From the IMG/VR virus record IMGVR_UViG_3300042197_003333, positions 1-64,000 of that record: DNA of 64,000 nt; one strand, given 5' to 3'. Both the position numbers and the translations under genes were made by a program. This document shows positions 55,919 to 64,000 of this stretch, one piece after another. The stretch comes from a virus. How positions within the stretch are numbered: the stretch's first letter is position 1; each line of letters opens with the position of its first letter. Under the pieces are notes generated by a model. It had not been told where the DNA came from. It did not search any database and saw only the letters and a program-made list of their open reading frames with translations.

Positions 55919-57670
55919 ATGTCCTTAACAAAAGAACAAATCTTATTGGAATATGCAAAGTGTATGAAAAGCACTCCATATGCCCTAAAAACATATTTGC
56001 AGACATATGATAATACAGTATCAAAATATGTCCCGTTGGAATTATTTCCCGACCAACTTGGACTTTTGGAGGACTATGAAAAATATAATGAAAATATTGC
56101 ATTAAAATATCGTCAGGCGGGAGTATCAACCGTAACCGCGGCATGGGCATCAAAAAAACTCGCATTTGCATCAAAAAATAAACCTGAAAAAATATTGATT
56201 ATTGCAAACAAACTTGACACCGCAGTTGAGATGGCAAATAAAATAAGAGGGTTTACAGAACAATGGCCAAAATGGACTGGCATTGATTTTTCAGCGGAAA
56301 AAAACTCACAAAGACATTTTAAACTTAATAATGGATGTGAAGTTAAAGCGGTTGCAACATCAAAAGACGCATTGAGGGGATATACTCCGACAATATTGGT
56401 ATTTGACGAAGCGGCATATATTGAAGCCGACTCAGACTTTTGGGCGGCTTGTATGGCGTCATTATCAACAGGAGGTAAAGTTATTGTAATATCAACTCCA
56501 AATGGTTTTGATGCAATATATTATGAAATATACGACCAAGCATTAAGAAATATGAATGAGTTTAAAATTTCAGAAATGGTTTGGTTTAAAGACCCAAGAT
56601 ACACAAAAGATTTATCATTAATTAATGTTAATGATATAATTCATTATTATTTAAATAGAGAAGAATATCCATCAATTCAATCTGTAGATTATTCATCAAT
56701 TCCATTTAAAGAAAGAAATTTTGAAGATATAAAAGTATTAATGACTCAAGGATATAAACCAACTTCTTCTTGGTATGAGTCAATGGTTAAAAAATTAAAA
56801 TACGATAGAAGAAAAGTTAATCAGGAATTGGAATGCAAATTTCTTGGTTCGGGGGATAATGTATTTGACGCCGAAATGCTTCAGAATTTTAGAGAAAATA
56901 TGATTAAAGAACCCCAAAATAAAATGATGGGAGGGTCAATATGGATTTGGAAAGAGCCAATTATTGGTCATAAATACATAATGGGAGTTGACGTTAGTCG
57001 TGGAGACAGCGAAGATTTTTCTTGCATTCAAATTATTGATTTTGATACAAGAGAACAAGTGTTGGAATATGTTGGAAAAATGCCACCTGACACATTGGCT
57101 GAAGTATGTTATAAATGGGGGAGCATGTATTCGGCATTTATTGTGGTTGATATAACAGGAGGAATGGGTGTTACAACCTCAAGAAAATTGCAAGAATTGG
57201 GATATAAAGATTTATATGTTGATGGTGTTGACCACTTTAATAAATGGAAATATGACCCAAAGACAAGTGAAAAAATACCTGGAATGAACTTTAATGCAAA
57301 AAGAGTTCAAATTATTGCGTCTTTTGAGGAAGCGTTAAGACATGGGTTTAAGATTTATTCATCAAGATTGTTAAATGAAATGGGGACTTTTATTTATGTA
57401 AATGGAAGACCTGACCACCAAAAAGGACATCACGATGATTTAATTATGTCTTTATCTATGTGTACATATGTGTGTGAATCATCTTTTTCATCGGTTTCAA
57501 AAGTCACCCAACACACAAAGGCAATGCTTGAATCTTGGCAAGTTTCAACAAATACGGTTAAAACTTCAAATTATTTTAATCCTGTTATAATAAATAATGA
57601 ACAACCTAATAATCAGCCTACAAAAAATGATTATATGAACTATAATTGGCTATTCGGAGGACGTAGATAA
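55919..57670 (+). CDS. terL: Terminase large subunit (T4 gp17-like)
   Basis: LFPDQ; LKYRQAGVST (Walker A); LVFDEAA (Walker B); ISTPNG; nuclease MGVDVSRG..DFS and HDDLIM. Confidence 0.92.
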   Translation: MSLTKEQILLEYAKCMKSTPYALKTYLQTYDNTVSKYVPLELFPDQLGLLEDYEKYNENIALKYRQAGVSTVTAAWASKKLAFASKNKPEKILIIANKLDTAVEMANKIRGFTEQWPKWTGIDFSAEKNSQRHFKLNNGCEVKAVATSKDALRGYTPTILVFDEAAYIEADSDFWAACMASLSTGGKVIVISTPNGFDAIYYEIYDQALRNMNEFKISEMVWFKDPRYTKDLSLINVNDIIHYYLNREEYPSIQSVDYSSIPFKERNFEDIKVLMTQGYKPTSSWYESMVKKLKYDRRKVNQELECKFLGSGDNVFDAEMLQNFRENMIKEPQNKMMGGSIWIWKEPIIGHKYIMGVDVSRGDSEDFSCIQIIDFDTREQVLEYVGKMPPDTLAEVCYKWGSMYSAFIVVDITGGMGVTTSRKLQELGYKDLYVDGVDHFNKWKYDPKTSEKIPGMNFNAKRVQIIASFEEALRHGFKIYSSRLLNEMGTFIYVNGRPDHQKGHHDDLIMSLSMCTYVCESSFSSVSKVTQHTKAMLESWQVSTNTVKTSNYFNPVIINNEQPNNQPTKNDYMNYNWLFGGRR

Positions 57671-57780
57671 TGGGTAATAGACAAAGAGGTAAATCAGGTA
57701 GAATTTTTGATGGCTCAAAATTGGTTGTAAATAATAACTGAATTAAAAACGTTAAAAAAGAATCAAAAGTCATTAAAAAT

Positions 57781-60700
57781 TTGGACATTGGGGTTGGTTT
57801 TATTGAAACTCCTCCCCCAACCCCATCAATTACACCGACTAACACCCCGACAATATCATTAACACCATCAAACACCCCTACTCCGTCAATTACGCCATCA
57901 AATACTCCTACCCCATCAATTACGCCTACAAACACTCCAACTAATAGCGTTACGCCAACTAATACTCCAACAAATACACAGACCCCAACTAATACTAAAA
58001 CACCAACACAAACAAGAACTCAAACACCAACAAATACACAGACCCCAACTAATACTAAAACACCAACACAAACAAGAACTCAAACACCAACAAATACACA
58101 GACCCCATCAATTACGCCGACTAGTACTAAAACACCAACACCTACAAAGACCCAAACACCCACTAATACCGTAACTCCTTCGGAAACACCGACCAATACT
58201 CCAACAAGGACATTAACAAAAACTCCAACACAGACCCCGTCAATTACCCCAACTAATACTCAAACTCCAACAAATACTAAAACTCCAACTCCAACAAGAA
58301 CTGAAACTCCGACTAATACCCCAACAAACACACAAACTCCAACAAATACTAAAACTCCAACGAATACTAAAACTCCAACCCCGACAAATACAACCACGCC
58401 ATCAGAAACTCCAACTAACACTCCAACAAGAACATCCACAAAAACACCAACGCAGACTCCATCAATTACACCAACAAATACAACAACACCATCAGAAACT
58501 CCAACTAATACTCCAACAAGAACATCCACAAAAACCCCAACCCCTACTTCAACTATAACTCCAACAAATACTAAAACTCCAACGAATACTAAAACTCCAA
58601 CACAAACAAATACAAACACCCCATCAGAAACCCCAACCAATACCCCAACAAGAACATTAACAAAAACTCCAACAAATACCCCAACACAATCACCGCAATT
58701 TTCTCAATCACCGACTCAAACTCCAACAAAAACTCCAACTAATACTGCCACAAATACCCCGACTAGTACCGTTACTCCAAGTAACACCACCACAAATACC
58801 CCAACTAATACTGCAACAAAAACCCCTACCACAACATCAACTCCTGCGGCTAGTGCTTCACCAACTTCAACTCAAACTCCAACAAATACCCCAACATCGT
58901 CTGTAACTCCAACAAATACAAAAACTCCTACTAATACACAAACTCCTACTAACACACAAACTCCAACTAGAACTTCAACTCCTACTAATACACAAACTCC
59001 TACTCAAACATCTACTAATACTCAAACTCCTACTAATACACAAACTCCAACTAAAACTTCAACTCCAAGTCCAACTCAACCATCGTGTTTTTGTTATCAA
59101 TTCCAAATTACTACTAATGGTACAACTGTTCAATCAACAAATTGTAATGGTAATATAACTCGGAGCGCATATTCAATTGGTTATTACTCAATTTGTTCTA
59201 GAGTTACACCGACATTTATTGGTGGTTCGTATTCAAATTTAATTCAAGCTGCAAGTTGTTTAAATGGAGGTGACGCCGCTTGTATCGCAGTGAGCCAATC
59301 ACCGACTCCGACTCCGACAATTACCCCAACTAAAACACTTACCCCTACTCAAACTCCTACTAATACTCAAACTCCTACTAACACAATTACCCCTACCAAC
59401 ACCCAAACTCCAACAAATACTCAAACACCTACTAATACTCAAACTCCAACTCCTACTTCAACTCCTTTGGCAAGTCCTTCCCCAACCTCAACAGTTACTC
59501 CAACTAATAGTGTTACCCCAACTAATACTCCAACTAATACTCAAACTCCAACACCAAGTATTACACCGACTAATACTCAAACTCCAACTAATACTCAAAC
59601 CTCAACAAACACACCAACTAATACTGTAACACCAACAAACACGCCTACTAATACTCAAACCCCAACAAATACACAAACCCCAACAATTACGCCGACTAAT
59701 ACTATAACTCCAAGTATTACTCCTACTAATACTCAAACCCCAACAATTACACCAACAGTAAGTCCAAGTAGTCCAGTCTTATTAGAATTTTTAAGTTTTC
59801 CGGCGTCAAGTGGGATTTCATTTTCATTTGGTAACTCAACACAGGTCAGACAAACAACTGTTGAACTAACAGACACTAATTCTGCCAGTACTATTTATAA
59901 TTTTAATAATACAGGCGATACGACATTTGTGTCGTTAGGTAGTTCGGTGGCTAATTTTACCTATACACCCACTACCTCAAATGGAGAGCTATTACTCTTT
60001 AAAAATCCTGTAGGATTTATACATTCTTTTAAAACAAGTAGTGTTAGTACGTCTTTATTTATACAAGGTTTTTCGGCTATAACAAAAAATCAAAATTACG
60101 CACTTAAACAGAGTTATTTTGGAAAAACCCTTCTTACTATAAGTGGCTTCTCAGGCTCATTAAATTTACTTGATTATAATGGTTTTGAAGGCGCAAGGCT
60201 TTACATTTTTAATTATATTGCAACAGGAACAAATGCAAGTAATGCTGAATTATTAGATAATTCTTGGTTACCCAAAAATTATACGGCAAGTACTACCGCT
60301 CAACAATTTTATTTTAACGTTAGCGCGACTACAAGAGCCAGTGTAAATTTTAATTTGACTGGAATGACAAATTTATCGTATCTAGTAAATGACGATGTTA
60401 ACCACGAAATAAATGGGGTAACTTCAATAACATTGGCGTTACCTCAAAATTTTGGTAGAACTACTACTTTTGGCCCGGTAAGTGCTGTTGACCCTGCAGC
60501 TGGAATTTTTATACGAACAACTAGTTCTAGTCCTAACCCTTTAACCGCCGTCACAATAACAAACGGGCCGTCAGTTGTGTCCAATTTTAGTAAATTTCAA
60601 TTAAGACTTATACCTAGTTTGGTTTCTCTAACAACAAGTTACCAAAGAAATTTGGCAATATATTCTTTGGAAAGAATGTCATCTTTAACTGCAGTAACCG

Positions 60701-61761
60701 ACGATTTTAGTGTATATACTGGTTTAACTTATTTTAACATTACTACTTGTCCTAATTTAAGTAATTTCACTGCGAATACTTTATCTGGATTATCTAATTT
60801 TCAACACTATTTGTTAAACGATTGTAAACAATTTAATTGGCCTATACTTCCCACTTTTAATCAAAACCCTTACAAATTACAATTAACAAATTGTCTTCTT
60901 ACTTCACCTCCCCCATCATCGCCATTTTATTTTAAAACAAATCTTAAAGACATATATTTAGGAAATTTTGTTAGTACAAGCACAAATGAAATTGCTATAC
61001 ATTCAAATAAAAATGTAATTAATTTATGGGATTATAATCTTACGAGTTTGACAGGTTTGACTACGTTTAGTCTAAATCATTGTGAATTGACAGGAATTAC
61101 AAATTCAAATATATTCCCGACACAAGTTAAGACCATTAATTTTATATCTAATCGTTTAAGTGGTTTATCTTTTTCACATTTTAGTTCGGTAACTGGATTC
61201 TCAATGAATATTTCAAATGGTAGTAGTGCAAATGATAGGAACACCATTTCAGCGTTCACTGATTGTAATTCTGCGTCGGGACTAACAGCATTAACTTATA
61301 CTAATGGTACTTTCCAACCAACTGGAGGATTTCAGCCATTTTTTCCTACGGGATTAACTTCATTAAATATTAGTAGTAGAGTAAATGGTAGAAATGCTAC
61401 TCCATATGTAAATATTGTATTTTCATCAAACACTGTATATTCAGGATTTAATAACTCTTTAAAAACTTTAAATATCAGTAATTTTTCTTTATCTGCCGCT
61501 AGTATGAATTACATAATTTGTTGGCTCGCAACGGCTCAAACGTATAGCACATCAGTTACTGGAGGCACATTAAATGGGGGTAATGAATTTATATCATCAA
61601 CTACTAATCCTACTGGTAACGCCAAAATAGACACAACTTCAGGTGGATTAAATGGAATTGTCTGTAGAGATATTTTAACAGGTACTGTAGGTAATACAAT
61701 AACAGTTAACACTATTCCTTACCCAGGTAAAGGTTGGACTGTAACAGGTACTTTTGCTTAA
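57781..61761 (+). CDS. Large Thr/Pro-repeat (mucin-like) protein with Cys-rich insert and C-terminal LRR-like region
   Basis: About 660 aa of TPTNT/TQTPT repeats, then LxxLxL/IxxN-type repeats; an in-frame ATG at 57670 is separated from it by a single TGA. Confidence 0.8.
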   Translation: MDIGVGFIETPPPTPSITPTNTPTISLTPSNTPTPSITPSNTPTPSITPTNTPTNSVTPTNTPTNTQTPTNTKTPTQTRTQTPTNTQTPTNTKTPTQTRTQTPTNTQTPSITPTSTKTPTPTKTQTPTNTVTPSETPTNTPTRTLTKTPTQTPSITPTNTQTPTNTKTPTPTRTETPTNTPTNTQTPTNTKTPTNTKTPTPTNTTTPSETPTNTPTRTSTKTPTQTPSITPTNTTTPSETPTNTPTRTSTKTPTPTSTITPTNTKTPTNTKTPTQTNTNTPSETPTNTPTRTLTKTPTNTPTQSPQFSQSPTQTPTKTPTNTATNTPTSTVTPSNTTTNTPTNTATKTPTTTSTPAASASPTSTQTPTNTPTSSVTPTNTKTPTNTQTPTNTQTPTRTSTPTNTQTPTQTSTNTQTPTNTQTPTKTSTPSPTQPSCFCYQFQITTNGTTVQSTNCNGNITRSAYSIGYYSICSRVTPTFIGGSYSNLIQAASCLNGGDAACIAVSQSPTPTPTITPTKTLTPTQTPTNTQTPTNTITPTNTQTPTNTQTPTNTQTPTPTSTPLASPSPTSTVTPTNSVTPTNTPTNTQTPTPSITPTNTQTPTNTQTSTNTPTNTVTPTNTPTNTQTPTNTQTPTITPTNTITPSITPTNTQTPTITPTVSPSSPVLLEFLSFPASSGISFSFGNSTQVRQTTVELTDTNSASTIYNFNNTGDTTFVSLGSSVANFTYTPTTSNGELLLFKNPVGFIHSFKTSSVSTSLFIQGFSAITKNQNYALKQSYFGKTLLTISGFSGSLNLLDYNGFEGARLYIFNYIATGTNASNAELLDNSWLPKNYTASTTAQQFYFNVSATTRASVNFNLTGMTNLSYLVNDDVNHEINGVTSITLALPQNFGRTTTFGPVSAVDPAAGIFIRTTSSSPNPLTAVTITNGPSVVSNFSKFQLRLIPSLVSLTTSYQRNLAIYSLERMSSLTAVTDDFSVYTGLTYFNITTCPNLSNFTANTLSGLSNFQHYLLNDCKQFNWPILPTFNQNPYKLQLTNCLLTSPPPSSPFYFKTNLKDIYLGNFVSTSTNEIAIHSNKNVINLWDYNLTSLTGLTTFSLNHCELTGITNSNIFPTQVKTINFISNRLSGLSFSHFSSVTGFSMNISNGSSANDRNTISAFTDCNSASGLTALTYTNGTFQPTGGFQPFFPTGLTSLNISSRVNGRNATPYVNIVFSSNTVYSGFNNSLKTLNISNFSLSAASMNYIICWLATAQTYSTSVTGGTLNGGNEFISSTTNPTGNAKIDTTSGGLNGIVCRDILTGTVGNTITVNTIPYPGKGWTVTGTFA

Positions 61762-61820
61762 CAAATAACAATTATTATTTTCAAACTATTTATAACTTAA
61801 ACATTAGTTATTAAGATTTA

Positions 61821-64000
61821 ATGATGGAAAATAATAAAATGACAGTATGGCAAAGATTGTCCCAAGCTTTTGGTCCAAATTCATTGCTCGGACAAGATTA
61901 TCCAACATACAAATACGATAAAAAAGAACTTTTAAGGACAACATCCAAAAAAGAATATGACCTTGAAAAACTTCAAGCTCAACAAAATTACTATCTTGCA
62001 AACCAATGGTCAAAGATTGAACACAATCTTTATACCCAAGCAGTGTATTACGAACCAACAAGATTATCATCTTTTTATGACCTAGAAAGTATGGAGTTTA
62101 CTCCAGAAATATCTGCAGCTTTAGATATTTACGCCGAAGAATCAACGACAGTAAACGAAGATGGTTATATGCTTCAAATTTATTCTGAATCAAAAAGAAT
62201 AAAATCAATTTTGGCTGACTTATTTAACAACGCTCTTGATATTAACACAAACCTTCCGATGTGGACAAGAAACACATGCAAGTATGGTGATAATTTCGTT
62301 TATTTAAAACTTGACCCCGAAAAAGGTATAGTTGGATGTATGCAACTTCCAATTATTGAAATTGAAAGATTGGAAGCGGGAATGGGAGGAAAATCTGCCG
62401 ACCCTGAAACAAACCCAACAAAAAAACATACAAGATTTAAATGGAAACAAAAGGACTTGGAGTTCAATACTTGGGAAGTTGCTCACTTTAGATTACTTGG
62501 TGATGATAGGAGACTACCGTATGGAACTTGCCTAAAATTTGATACTAAAATTGATACTGAATATGGAGTTAAAGAAATTAAAGATATTGTAAAAGGGGAT
62601 AAAGTTTATTCATTTGATTTAAATTCAGAAGAAAAAGTATTGTCTGATGTTTTAGATACTGTAAATTCAGGAGTTAAAATTTGTTACCAAATACATACTA
62701 AACATAATTTTATTGAAGCTTCAGAAGAACACAAAATATTAATTTTTGATGGAAATAAATTTACATATAAAAATACATTAGAATTAAATATTGGTGATTT
62801 ATTAGTTATTGACAATTCAAAAAATAAAACTAAAAAAACTTTGATTAATAAAACACAACCTGAAGATAATAAAAACGGATGGTTTAATAGTGTTGATTTA
62901 ATACCTGAATATATAAATGAAGAATTTGCTAGATTTTTTGGATTTATGTTAGGTGATGGCTGGATTAGTAATAATGGTGTTTATTTTGCATTATCTGAAT
63001 ATGATGATTTAAATGATTTTTATATTGGGATATTAAACAAATATTCCAAAAATCCAGTAAAAATTATTGAGGTTGATGGCAAAGAAACACAATGCATGGT
63101 GTGGTCAAAGTGTTTAAAGACAATTTTAGAAAGAATGGGTTTTAATGGTAAGGCCTCAACTAAAAGATTACCTAGTTGGATATACAGCTCGGATGTAGAA
63201 ATACAAAAGGCTCTTTTAGAGGGACTAATAGACTCAGACGGATGGATAACACAAGATAAATGGTCAACACATCTTAATATTGAATTATGTAATGAAAATT
63301 TAGTAAAAGACGTTAAAACTTTATGCCAAAAGATTGGATATAAATCAGGTTCAATTAGAAAAAGAGAACCAAGAAAAAATGTGGTAATTGAAGGTAGAAA
63401 AATTAAATCGGTAAAACCAAGTTATTCTTTGACTTTTTATGATACCTTATTAACTCAAACGAAAAAATATGACAACCAATTTAGAAAAAATGAAAATTAC
63501 ATTTTAGAACCAATTACAAAAATTATTGACATTGGAGAACATGAAACTTTTGATATATACGTTGAAAATCAAAATCATAATTTTTACGCTAATGGAGTCG
63601 TTGTACATAATTCAATGTTAGAAAAAGCTCGTCGTATTTGGAAACAATTATTATTATCCGAAGACGCAATGTTAATTTATAGAACATCAAGAGCTCCTGA
63701 AAGAAGAGTATTTAAAGTATTTGTTGGAAATATGGATGACGCAGATGTTGAACCTTATATCCAAAGATTTGCAAATAAATTTAAACGAGACCAAGTTGTT
63801 GACTCTAAATCAGGAAATGTTGATATGAGGTTTAATCAAATGGCGGTTGACCAAGATTATTTTGTTCCCGTTAGAGACCCAGCTCAAGCTTCCCCAATTG
63901 AAACATTAGCAGGTGCCACAAACCTATCGGAAATCGCGGATATTGAATATATTCAAAAGAAATTGCTCACCGCAATTCGTGTTCCAAAAGCGTTTTTAGG
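61821..64000 (+). CDS. Portal protein (T4 gp20-like), intein-containing, truncated by window end
   Basis: Manual translation: PEISAALDIYAEE, CKYGDNF, LPYGT/intein/SMLEKARRIWKQL..EDAMLIYRTSRAPERRVF..QDYFVP. Confidence 0.9.
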   Translation, partial: MMENNKMTVWQRLSQAFGPNSLLGQDYPTYKYDKKELLRTTSKKEYDLEKLQAQQNYYLANQWSKIEHNLYTQAVYYEPTRLSSFYDLESMEFTPEISAALDIYAEESTTVNEDGYMLQIYSESKRIKSILADLFNNALDINTNLPMWTRNTCKYGDNFVYLKLDPEKGIVGCMQLPIIEIERLEAGMGGKSADPETNPTKKHTRFKWKQKDLEFNTWEVAHFRLLGDDRRLPYGTCLKFDTKIDTEYGVKEIKDIVKGDKVYSFDLNSEEKVLSDVLDTVNSGVKICYQIHTKHNFIEASEEHKILIFDGNKFTYKNTLELNIGDLLVIDNSKNKTKKTLINKTQPEDNKNGWFNSVDLIPEYINEEFARFFGFMLGDGWISNNGVYFALSEYDDLNDFYIGILNKYSKNPVKIIEVDGKETQCMVWSKCLKTILERMGFNGKASTKRLPSWIYSSDVEIQKALLEGLIDSDGWITQDKWSTHLNIELCNENLVKDVKTLCQKIGYKSGSIRKREPRKNVVIEGRKIKSVKPSYSLTFYDTLLTQTKKYDNQFRKNENYILEPITKIIDIGEHETFDIYVENQNHNFYANGVVVHNSMLEKARRIWKQLLLSEDAMLIYRTSRAPERRVFKVFVGNMDDADVEPYIQRFANKFKRDQVVDSKSGNVDMRFNQMAVDQDYFVPVRDPAQASPIETLAGATNLSEIADIEYIQKKLLTAIRVPKAFL
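62529..63611 (+). mobile_element. Contiguous intein (361 aa) with LAGLIDADG endonuclease in the portal
   Basis: CLKFDTKI start; IEASEEH; FFGFMLGDG and LLEGLIDSDG; TFDIYV..FYANGVVVHN/S. Confidence 0.92.

Noticed and set aside
57618-58640. Minus-strand Val/Gly-rich ORFs (57618..57935, 58260..58640)
   Set aside because: Antisense shadows of the Thr/Pro repeats
57800-59770. Dense short repeats that could be mistaken for a CRISPR array or satellite
   Set aside because: Repeats are in-frame Thr/Pro codons with synonymous variation; no constant repeat with unique spacers
1-64000. Genome-wide stop-codon reassignment
   Set aside because: Standard code gives dense full-length genes, and TGA/TAG end many genes with coupled downstream starts; only one suspicious internal TGA (57739)

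Overview
AT-rich segment of a large T4-like/jumbo tailed-phage genome. The host is probably a Bacteroidota: many TAnnTTTG -7 promoter boxes, A-rich translation starts without obvious Shine-Dalgarno sequences, a T9SS C-terminal sorting domain, and a tmRNA tag starting GET. The left ~44 kb is accessory. It holds many short ORFs plus PPK2, SlyD, RmlC, a pyrimidine-dimer glycosylase-like gene, a truncated class II aaRS paralog, GIY-YIG/HNH endonucleases, a putative lysis cassette, an M23+M15 peptidoglycan hydrolase, a tRNA-Arg(UCU) split by a group I intron, and a tmRNA with an unusual 21-codon tag. The right end carries morphogenesis genes: large terminase, a long Thr/Pro-repeat protein, and an intein-containing portal cut by the window edge. 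Two systems stand out. (1) A ClpC-type AAA+ ATPase is encoded as three separate ORFs, broken in both Walker-A loops by two atypically split inteins (24- and 31-aa IntN, 133- and 148-aa IntC), each interrupted by a free-standing Vsr-like endonuclease gene; the protein would need two mutually orthogonal trans-splicing reactions. (2) More than 20 otherwise unrelated proteins share short N-terminal leaders ending in (I/L/V)-x-E, mostly behind a TATTTAT motif, suggesting a modular capsid-loading/prohead-protease tag fused to exchangeable cargo. All assignments come from motif reading by eye; no database searches were run.
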